A stretch of 64,000 nucleotides of DNA from Paraspadella gotoi (lineage: Eukaryota > Animalia > Chaetognatha), in contig CM119264.1 of NCBI GenBank assembly GCA_051294375.1, forward strand, positions 22,965,826-23,029,825, given 5' to 3'. Shown here piece after piece: positions 36,501 through 45,544 of this stretch (position 1 is its first letter; each line of letters begins with the position of its first letter). The position numbers and the translations under genes were made by a program. The notes under the pieces were generated by a model. That model was not told the origin of the DNA, did not search any database, and saw nothing but the letters and a program-made list of their open reading frames with translations.

Positions 36501-38889
36501 CTGTTCGTGGCGCTGATGGCGCTGGACGAGCGGCGGCGACGCGGCGGGAAGCTGGAAGTGTGCTGCTGCTTGAAGGGGAGAAGGGAAGAGGACAGAGAAG
36601 ACGACGTTGACGACGACGACGAAGACGAAGACAGAAGCGACGACGACTTTCTCACCCGATTTTTTAGCCGCTACTACGGGCCGTTCATCCTCGCCAAATG
36701 GACGCGACCCCTGGTGGTGACGATCTTCGCCGTATGGGTCGCCCTCAGCGCCGTCTTCATCAACTTCCTCGATTTGGGTCTCGATCAAAGATTCGCGCTG
36801 CCGTCAGATTCGTATGTCAGATCTTTTCTCGACGATTTGGCGAAGATGGACATCGGACCGCCGCTCTACTTTGTAGTTAAGGGGAGTTGAATTGATATAT
36901 ATTGTTAATACTTGTAAAGTTTGGTTCAAAATATTTGTAAATTACCTATACTGAGTAGCGATTTTGAAACTAAAAGTTTTCTGTTTGTTTTTTTCAAATC
37001 TAAAATAATTTTGAAAACAATTTTAAATAAGAAAAATATTTCAAAACAACGTAGTCAGGCGTTGACTACGCGGATCCAGCGATACAAAACCGAATCTGTA
37101 GCGGCAACGATTGCAACATCGACTCTCTGGTTAACGAAATCGCCCTGTACCAGAGCGAACCGCAGCTAACGCGGGTCGGGGAGAAGGCGACGTCTTGGTT
37201 GGACGACTACCTGGTTTGGCTCCAAAAACCCGGATGTTGCAGGCAGGAAGCTTTGCAAAGAAGAGGGATTGTTTCTAATAGATTCTTCAACTCATCTCAC
37301 CTTGCCCTCTCTTTCTTCGCAGGGTCGTTAACGGGACCGAGGACTTTTGCCCTTCCTACAACACGAGCTGCTCTGATTGTCGAGTGCAGGAATCGAACCT
37401 TCGACCGACGAGGGAAGATTTTGTGAAATACGTCGGGTTTTTCTTGAGAGACAATCCCGGTCTGACATGTCCCAAAGGTACATGGTCAACTTTTTATTTA
37501 AATGGCAAAGAATCCGTTCAATCATCACTTACCCAATTGCCCGCGCCCACCGCTTTCGGTAAGGCGGTCACGCCCAATTCTCCCAGGCGGTCAACCTCAC
37601 TTTCTTCCACAATTCTTCCGTCGAAGGCGCCTCTTACTTTATGACTTATCACACTTCGTTGAAGACAGAGTCGGACTACATCGCCGGTGTGGAGATGGGC
37701 TTTTCGATGGCCGACACTTTCGCTGACGAGTCAGGCTTGAGGGATGAAGGCTCCGACGTTTTCGCTTACAGGAATGGTCGAGTGGTTCTAAGTGTGAACT
37801 TCTAAAGGATATAGTGATTAGAGTTATGTTAACTTTTTAAATATAATTCTAACTGGGAACTACTAAAGCATATAAAGATTAAAGTTATGAAATTGGTACA
37901 ACCAATATAAAAATTATCCATTCATTTATTAAATAAGCTATCTTGCCCCTCACTTTGGACAGGCTTTGGTGGTTGAAGGCCTCCATCACTCTTACAAGAT
38001 AATGACATAGCAGGTCCCTGCAAGCTTTCATAATGACATAGCAGGTCCCTGCAAGCTTTTATGTTAACTTTTTATAGATAATTTTAACAAAAGGTTACTT
38101 TTATTTTTACTTGAACAAGTTAAATACATAAAAGTTGAAATAAGTTAACGCCACTTGGAATCTTGCCATTAATAATATCACCCAAACAATTTCCCCCCGA
38201 GTCAAGCTCAAAGAAGCTATATTGGACCCTTCCCTCTACAGCGTTTTCTACGTTTTCTACGAGCAATACATGACGATCCGCGTGGACACGGCCATCAACA
38301 TCGTCACCTCACTCGCCGCCGTCTTCGTCGTCACTTTCGTCGTCGCCGGGTTCGACTACGTAGGCGCCTTCGTCGTCGTCGTCAACGTCGTTCTCATCGT
38401 CGTCGGAGAATGCGGCGTCATGTTTCTCTGGTCAGGGGATGACTTCGAGTCGTTGAGATGTCATCTTTATTTCCTCATGTTCTCATATTTATATCTTGGC
38501 AAAAAAGGTCAATCCCCTTAAACGCCGTCTCTCTCGCTGCAACCTCGTCATGTCGGCGTCGGAATATTCGGGCGTCGAAATTCTCCTCCCATCTCGTCCT
38601 CGCCTTTTCCCGCAGCCGCGCCTTCTCCTCCTCCTCCTCGAGCCCCCGCGCGTCCCGCGCTGCAGCGGCCCTGGCCTCCACCGGCTCTTCGGTCTTCGCG
38701 GGGATCACGCTGACGAAGTTCTTCGGCGTGGTGGTGCTCGCCTTCGCGGAGACGGAGATGTTCAGAGTCTTCTACTTTCGGATGTTCATGGCGATGGTGG
38801 TGCTGGGGGCCTTGCAAGGGCTCGTCTTTCTTCCGGTGCTGTTGAGCTACGTGGGGCCGAAGCAGAGAGCAAAAATTGTGGGATCTTAG
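32540..38889 (+). CDS. NPC1: Niemann-Pick C1 / NPC1-like sterol transporter (Patched/RND family), 12 exons, about 1315 aa
   Basis: Exons join(32540-32877,33213-33434,33700-34109,34263-34442,34516-34681,35177-35938,36129-36881,37055-37242,37323-37477,37564-37771,38242-38430,38508-38889). Phases are consistent if one base is restored near 33378. Motifs: signal peptide, [42 protein letters not shown], sterol-sensing [71 protein letters not shown]. The 33378 frameshift and small insertions at 38536-38580 look like sequencing errors. Confidence 0.92.
32878..33212 (+). other. GC-AG intron (NPC1 intron 1)
   Basis: TTCAG|GCAGGA...cactag|A CGA TTC gives [16 protein letters not shown]. Confidence 0.75.
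33435..33699 (+). other. GA-AG intron (NPC1 intron 2)
   Basis: TTTCAG|GAAAGAT...ccgacag|GGG TCT gives [16 protein letters not shown]. The intron contains an (ATTT)n tract. Confidence 0.7.
34110..34262 (+). other. Probable GC-AG intron (NPC1 intron 3); in-frame GT-AG alternative 34114-34266
   Basis: AACAG|GCAGGT...ctgaag|C GAG. The alternative CAG|GTTTCT...cgag|ATA is also in frame, and the linker is poorly conserved. Confidence 0.5.
34443..34515 (+). other. GC-AG intron (NPC1 intron 4)
   Basis: TACAG|GCGCGT...cacag|G CGT GTG gives [15 protein letters not shown]. Confidence 0.78.
34682..35176 (+). other. GA-AG intron (NPC1 intron 5)
   Basis: ATTCAG|GAAAGAT...ccacag|GAG GGC. An in-frame TGA lies five codons into the intron with no GT before it. 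Confidence 0.68.
34742..34870 (+). repeat. Dispersed ~130 bp element, copy 1 (in NPC1 intron 5)
   Basis: Near-identical to 37890-38018; a more diverged copy lies at about 58843-59020. Confidence 0.9.
36882..37054 (+). other. GG-AG intron (NPC1 intron 7)
   Basis: GTTAAG|GGGAGT...acgtag|TCA GGC gives YFVVK-SGVDY, aligning with human YFVLEEGHDY. The donor fits AG|GTRAGT at every position except +2. Confidence 0.65.
37243..37322 (+). other. GC-AG intron (NPC1 intron 8)
   Basis: TGCAG|GCAGGA...tcgcag|G GTC gives [13 protein letters not shown] (human SCCRVDNITDQFC). Confidence 0.8.
37772..38241 (+). other. GA-AG intron (NPC1 intron 10)
   Basis: TTC GCT TAC AG|GAATGG...ctacag|C GTT TTC TAC gives [14 protein letters not shown]. 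The junction is pinned by a highly conserved motif. Confidence 0.85.
37890..38058 (+). repeat. Dispersed ~130 bp element, copy 2 (in NPC1 intron 10) with ~30 bp tandem-duplicated 3' end
   Basis: AATTGGTACAACCAATATAAAAATTATCC...CAAGATAATGACATAGCAGGTCCC is shared with 34742-34870. ATAATGACATAGCAGGTCCCTGCAAGCTTT occurs twice. Confidence 0.9.
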
Positions 38890-40985
38890 TCTTTTGGGGA
38901 CTTAAAACTAAAATGAAAAGTTAATTAAAGGAAAACAAAAATGTCCTATTGTTTCTTTTATTGTGTATCGACATTTAATGGAAGAGTAAATCGATGACTC
39001 CAGACAATGTTAGACGTTTATCCACCTAAACTTGGAAAATTAGTTTTACATCAGCCAAGGTCCACCCAAAATCTTCTTTTCCCCTTTCCGTGACATATCG
39101 ATTGTCAGTCTGACAGCTCTCTCTCTCCCTCTCTCTCTCTCTCTCACTCTCTCTCTCTCTCTCTTTTCCTTCCAGAGAAATGTTTCTCATTCCATGAAAA
39201 TGGCGAGCACTCATACTAAGAGCCTTGGTGGTTTCCCCTTCCACTTCGGTCCATCTGTTCCGAAGGCGACTCCGCTGGTCATTCACAACATTTTTTTTTC
39301 AGTCTCGGTTGTCCGCCTTTCTCTTTTTTCTTTTCCGTTGCTACTAATACTTTATATTCCACTAACCCTTTCTCCTTTTTTCTTCTCCATCCTAATTCTT
39401 TCCATCCCTTTTTTCCTTTGACTGACATCTGGGCTATTTCTCTCACTGCCATTACGCTTTCTTCTATAATTTTTTGGGCACCGATCTAATATTATCAGAT
39501 TTCTTAAAATAGATCTCTATGCTCTTTCCGTCTTTCCCCGATTTCCACTCCCCTTCCCGCGTTCCACATCCCCAGTCGCCCATTTCCACAAATACCTTCT
39601 CCCTTTTCTCTCCCTCTCGCCTTCGTTTCCGGTTCCACTCTGGACGACGCTGTTTCCGCCTGCTCCTTCCTTCGCGTCCGGCAAAGACTCGCGTTTCCGG
39701 CGAAGTCCTCTTCTCTTCCGGCTGAAGATACAGAATGACCAAATTGACCATGTACCTCTTTCGACCTCTCGTAGCATTTTTTTCCCCGATTTTCGCTTGT
39801 CTTTGTCCTTTCTTTGTCCCAGTCTCTACCCCAAATGCGAAGGCGAATTCGGCCGAGACTTTTCCGCGGGATTTTCGTGTTTGAGAGACTCCGATCCGAT
39901 TAACCGGCAGAATTTATCGTCTTCATCCCGATAACGGTTTTTATCGGCAGAATCTTCCGACAGAATTCGCCGAGACTGCGAAATTTTTGCCCACAATCTA
40001 TCAATTCTTTTTGGCATTGTCTCATTTTGTGATCCTTTCTATCTCAGCTCTCTTTTTCGGAACCTTTCTCTGTTCCAAAGTTACTTACTAACCACCCTCT
40101 CGTTTAAGTAAATTATGTTTATAAACGATTGTCAGGAAGATTTTTTAATCGTTTCTACGAACATGCATCTCCTTTAATTTTACTCTTGTTCAAAGACTGA
40201 CTTTTTTCAGTTCCTTGTTTTTTTAAAGTTGTGGATTCTTTTTTCGTCAGTCACTAATTTTTTTGTATCTTCCTTAATTNNNNNNNNNNGTTTCTTTTAT
40301 ATTTCTTTCCTCTCTTACCCTTATCTTAACCTTCTCTCCCAATCCTTTCTACTCTACTAAATCTCAGCTTCAATTTTTTTCTTTTTGCGCCTTTTTATTT
40401 TGCCAGCGGCGGCGGGCAGCGGCGGGCAGTGGCGGGCGGCGGCGGGAGTCGACAGTCGGCGTACTTTCCCAAACTGGACCGCATCCCGCGGTATTTTCCC
40501 TGGGCGTCGTTCTCTCGACAGCCGCGGTGCCACTTTTCGACGCCGTTTTATCCGCGGCGTCTTTTATTGGCGCGGTCGAGGATGGCGTCGTTCCGAGGCG
40601 GCATCGTTTATTGGCGGCGTCGCCGGCGTCGTTTTTATGTTCCCCTCGACGATTTCCGCTGGAATCCGATTTTCCTTTGAAACGAGAGATTTTGTGGCTT
40701 TCGACTCTAAAAACACACAGAGCGACAGAGTCACACGCACACAAATGAATAGACTTTCAAGAACCACTTACCAAACCGCAATTTCAAGTTACTTTCACCA
40801 ACGTTTATACGTAACAACAGCGTTATATGTACAGACAAACTTCAATATATCATTATCGGAACAACATACAGGGAAAACTCGCTCCTCACAATATATGCAC
40901 AGCCCTTTTCTTTTATCCTTTTGCCTACAAACGTCTCGACATCGCCCCATCAACCTACGACTAATCCCTTCCAGCGCCGTCGATC

Positions 40986-40999
40986 GTTTCCATGGCGAC
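40986..40999. promoter_or_regulatory. RFX X-box-like site
   Basis: GTTTCCATGGCGAC. Confidence 0.4.
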
Positions 41000-41442
41000 G
41001 ACGAAGTAACCGATTCATTTTTTTAGAAAAAAAAAGAAAAAAAGAAACAAATTATGAATCGAATTGAATTGACGGAAGCGATGAAGACAAACGAGGATGA
41101 ATAAATTATCGAGGAGGCGAAAAAAGAAAAGAAATATAGCGAGTCGGGGAGATGCATTTAAAGGGTTTAAAGGGTTTAAAGGGTTTACAATCAAACGTCT
41201 TCTGGCGTTTTTGTTAGTTTTACTAATTACGTCATGATTAATAATATTAGTAGTAAAATGGCACTCACGAACAAACTGACTGACCGAACATTATTCAAAA
41301 GGCTCACCAGGCGAGAGAGAGACCGACTGACTGATCATTTTTCTCCGGAGTCGCAAATTTCGGATGCCCTTTAGAATCATTTTTTCAAAAAAAAAATTAC
41401 TTTTTTTAAAAATGGTAATGCCATGCTAATTCCTAGGGAGGG

Positions 41443-41493
<51 letters not shown>

Positions 41494-42248
41494 GCTTGAA
41501 ACATTTGTCTTTCGCACCGAAACCTGGCAGGTGAATTATTGGACAGAGTTAATTTGATTTTATAAAGGAGCAATGAATCTTGTCGGCGAGGGAAGGGAGA
41601 GCGTGAAAAAGGTTACGAAATTAGTATTCATCGACGAAAGGGAGGAAAAACTAAAACGAAATCGAAACAAAATGAAAAACGGAGAACAGAGATGGAAAGA
41701 GAGAGAGAGGGAAAGAGAGAGAGAGACAGACAGAGAAAAAGAGAGAGATTTTTAACCGCAGTCGACGCTCGTGTCCTGTAAACAAAAGATCCGAGGTTTA
41801 AAAAAAAACGCGACATCTGGGGACAGAAAGAAGCGATTAAGACGAGATTCTGGGAATCGCTTTTAGGGACGACGCGACTGAGATGAGAAAAGGGGGAAAA
41901 ACAAAAGACTGAAGCGAAGTCGGATGAGGAGGAGGGGGATGGGCTGGAGGAAGAAGAGGAGGTGGGAGAGATAAGTGAAGAAAGTAAATGAACAATAAAG
42001 AGAGGGAGGACGGGGTTGGTTAAGAATTTATATCATTACGAGAACAAATAACAAGAAAAGAAAAAAAAAGTAGGAAAAGAACCAAAGTCTATTAGAAAGT
42101 GATGACGGAAAAATGATTGAGTTGTTGAAGAAGATTAGAGGAAAGATAAAAATGTCTAAAATCTCAAGTTGTCAAAAAAAAAGGGGGAAAAGACTTAGAG
42201 TGAATCATCGAAAAAGAGTATTCATGTGAAATAGATATTTACATATAA

Positions 42249-43102
42249 AACAAGTTTGAGCAAACAATGTCGGATCTGCCTACAATAATTAAACGGTAAT
42301 CTGCTAATCAGATGATAAATCACAATATTTTTTTAAATTTTTTTAACTCGCATCATTTTTTGAACTCGCATAATTTTTTCCACGCACATAATTTTTCAAC
42401 TCATCATTTTTTCAATTTACATCATTTTTACAATTCGCATCATTTTTTCAACTTTCATAATTTTTTCAACTTGCATAATTTTTTCAACTTGCATAATTTT
42501 TTCAACTTGCATAATTTAATAAATAATAAAAAATAAAAAATAAAACCCCCCTGTCGACCTAATCGACAGTTGGAGCTTCTTCTCCCGGCATCCTCGGTCT
42601 TCCTCCTGTCTCCGTGCTCCAACTGTCAATTGTACACTTATTATATTTTATGTATTTTATGTATTTTATGTATTTTGGTATTTTTTGAATTTTTGTAATT
42701 TTGGTATTTTTCATTTTAAAAACGTTTTTGCATGTTTAAACCGGTACAGAGACCTGGTTGTGAATATTATTGTATATTATTTATCAACATTCTGTTCAAT
42801 CACTCGAGATAGACGACAACAATTATTTTGTTCTAATATTTAAGACCATATTGTGGCAGCAAGGAAGGGTCCATCCATCCAATCTTGAGTAATTGGTGTT
42901 TTTTGCTAAGGTGGGATGGACGGACGGACGGGCGGACGGACGGACGGACGGACGGACGGACATCATTTTTTTTGCATAATTTATCATAATTCGATGTTCT
43001 GACATGATATAAGTTAGTGCCCGACAATATTGAGGGGGCTGACCGACGGACCGACAAAGTGAATTATTGAGTCGGGATCTGCTGATAAGCAGATCCGACT
43101 AA
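42249..43102 (-). mobile_element. Non-autonomous Helentron derivative (DINE-1/HINE type)
   Basis: Subterminal inverted repeats GTCGGATCTGC (42269-42279) and GCAGATCCGAC (43089-43099); partial inverted copy forming a hairpin at 43070-43100; (GGAC)n microsatellite at 42917-42961; internal 18 bp tandem repeats; terminal GTTTG-AG-CAAAC stem-loop at 42254-42265; A/T-run flanks. Confidence 0.75.
42335..42515 (+). repeat. 18 bp minisatellite (TTTTTTCAACTTGCATAA)n inside the HINE-type element
   Basis: About ten degenerate units; explains the NFFNLH-repeat ORF. Confidence 0.9.
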
Positions 43103-43303
43103 AAACAGTATGAAAACGATAAAATTAAGAGGCAATCAAACAGAATAAACCTTTGAGTTGTCAGCCACCATGACGAAGACAAAAGAGACGACGAGAACGT
43201 CGGTGACAGCAGTGACAGGGACGTCGAGTGAAATCACAATGTCGTGACAGGTTTCAGTGAATGGTGAGGACGAGGTGAAGTGAGGAACAGAGGAGAAAGA
43301 AAA

Positions 43304-44261
43304 NNNNNNNNNNNNNNNNNNNNNNNNNNNNNNNNNNNNNNNNNNNNNNNNNNNNNNNNNNNNNNNNNNNNNNNNNNNNNNNNNNNNNNNNNNNNNNNNN
43401 NNNNNNNNNNNNNNNNNNNNNNNNNNNNNNNNNNNNNNNNNNNNNNNNNNNNNNNNNNNNNNNNNNNNNNNNNNNNNNNNNNNNNNNNNNNNNNNNNNNN
43501 NNNNNNNNNNNNNNNNNNNNNNNNNNNNNNNNNNNNNNNNNNNNNNNNNNNNNNNNNNNNNNNNNNNNNNNNNNNNNNNNNNNNNNNNNNNNNNNNNNNN
43601 NNNNNNNNNNNNNNNNNNNNNNNNNNNNNNNNNNNNNNNNNNNNNNNNNNNNNNNNNNNNNNNNNNNNNNNNNNNNNNNNNNNNNNNNNNNNNNNNNNNN
43701 NNNNNNNNNNNNNNNNNNNNNNNNNNNNNNNNNNNNNNNNNNNNNNNNNNNNNNNNNNNNNNNNNNNNNNNNNNNNNNNNNNNNNNNNNNNNNNNNNNNN
43801 NNNNNNNNNNNNNNNNNNNNNNNNNNNNNNNNNNNNNNNNNNNNNNNNNNNNNNNNNNNNNNNNNNNNNNNNNNNNNNNNNNNNNNNNNNNNNNNNNNNN
43901 NNNNNNNNNNNNNNNNNNNNNNNNNNNNNNNNNNNNNNNNNNNNNNNNNNNNNNNNNNNNNNNNNNNNNNNNNNNNNNNNNNNNNNNNNNNNNNNNNNNN
44001 NNNNNNNNNNNNNNNNNNNNNNNNNNNNNNNNNNNNNNNNNNNNNNNNNNNNNNNNNNNNNNNNNNNNNNNNNNNNNNNNNNNNNNNNNNNNNNNNNNNN
44101 NNNNNNNNNNNNNNNNNNNNNNNNNNNNNNNNNNNNNNNNNNNNNNNNNNNNNNNNNNNNNNNNNNNNNNNNNNNNNNNNNNNNNNNNNNNNNNNNNNNN
44201 NNNNNNNNNNNNNNNNNNNNNNNNNNNNNNNNNNNNNNNNNNNNNNNNNNNNNNNNNNNNN
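43304..44261. other. Assembly gap (largest of many N runs)
   Basis: N run. Others include 17615-17844, 17981-18215, 18484-18726, 23880-24079, 24832-25041, 28949-29195, and 25-N gaps at 11232, 14750, 19140, 25581 and 54667. Confidence 0.99.
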
Positions 44262-45544
44262 TCAATCAAAAGATCAGCTGTCTCTCCCTTTTTTTTCCAT
44301 TCCCTGCTTTACCCGAGTCTCAGCTTTCTGTCTCCTTAATACCTCTGTTTCATTCTTTCCCTTCTTTTTATCTCTTTTTCCTCTTTCTACCCTCCTCCCC
44401 TCTTTTCCCCCTTACCCTTTCCCTCTTTTTTCCTCTGCCCTCTTCTTTAAATCCTTATTGAGCTTTCTTTTTAATTGTTTTTTTTCTTCTCGTTTTCTTT
44501 GTATTTAATTTCGCCATCGCCTCGCTGTATCGAGCTCCTTTTAATCCCCTTATATCCTGGTCCCACTGTTGTATCGATCTCGCTTAACTCGACGACCAGA
44601 TGATGTCATCGACGATGAAGAAGACGACGACGATGACGACGACGACGATGACGACGACGGTGACGACGAAGATTCGGCCTGTAAGGAAGACATTAATGAC
44701 AAAGAATAACATGATGACGATTTTTACGAAGAAGTAAAAATAAAAACAATTACAGTCACAACAATGTACTACAATGTATAATTTGTAAATTCTCCTTCCA
44801 GAGAAAGATATATTCCGTCTTTTCCAAATTCTGATTCTCTTTTTTTTCCTCTATCACATAACAGTATTGACAAGAGCGCTGAGAAATCAGACAAAAATGG
44901 TGCAAAATTATAAGGTTTCATTTTTTACAATAATTTTGAAAAGTATTTTCGTTTTTGGTAGAATAAATTTTAGCCGAGCTGTCAGTTTCACAATTAGATT
45001 TTTTAAAATTTTCTTCTCAGATATTTTTTCTCTCTTCTTTTCCTTTCCTATATCTCTTTTTCTCCCTCTCTCCCCCACTCTCTCTCTCTCTATCTCTCTC
45101 TTTCTCCCTCACTCTTTCCCCTCCTTTCCCAAACCAGATTGTTCAACCAAATCAAACTCGGCAAATATTTGTTCTTCGCATTTTCTTCTTCGTCGGCGAA
45201 TCTCGTAATTTCCTTCCGAATTTTCCCATCATTTTCGACGTCCGTTTTTGGTTTATCACTTTATGAGATCAGGGAAAAATCTCGAGGGCGGATTTCTCGG
45301 AAATCGTTTGTTTCACATCCATTTCTTAGAAATGCTCCGTGAAAAAGTACAAATTATAAAGCACCAACATTTTTTAATAACAAATATAACATATACATAT
45401 AAAATGTATGTCGGAGTAAGTAAGTTAGTTTATTTGCATTATAAACAATTTTCCAATTGTAACGCTATCCGAGCGCCATTTAATTAAAAGGTTTTTTTTT
45501 CTCTCAATCAAACGATGTTCTCCTTTTCACCTGAAATTAGTTGT

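Noticed and set aside
36023-36788. Long antisense ORFs over NPC1, and similar ones over the CYP exons
   Set aside because: Shadow frames of GC-rich coding sequence.
32878-38241. Reading the introns as AG-AC (Fritillaria-type) or U12 AT-AC
   Set aside because: Sliding by 2 nt is formally possible, but the GN-AG register aligns with the GT-AG introns and U1 positions +3 to +5. No U12 ATCCTT donor is present.
38530-38585. Garbled LVNLVMSVGIGVEF motif in the last NPC1 exon
   Set aside because: Several small insertions (net about 9 nt) typical of long-read error; the expected codons are still visible.
6700-38889. CYP and NPC1 as a sterol gene cluster
   Set aside because: They are 23 kb apart, the CYP substrate is unknown, and nothing shows co-regulation.
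41157-41188. (TTTAAAGGG)x3 as telomeric repeat
   Set aside because: Only three units, internal, and not a known animal telomere motif.
42312-42536. His/Asn/Phe repeat protein or CRISPR-like array
   Set aside because: An 18 bp minisatellite with no unique spacers, inside a mobile element.
43136-44461. Long ORFs of 300+ aa, and other X-filled ORFs
   Set aside because: They simply read through N gaps.
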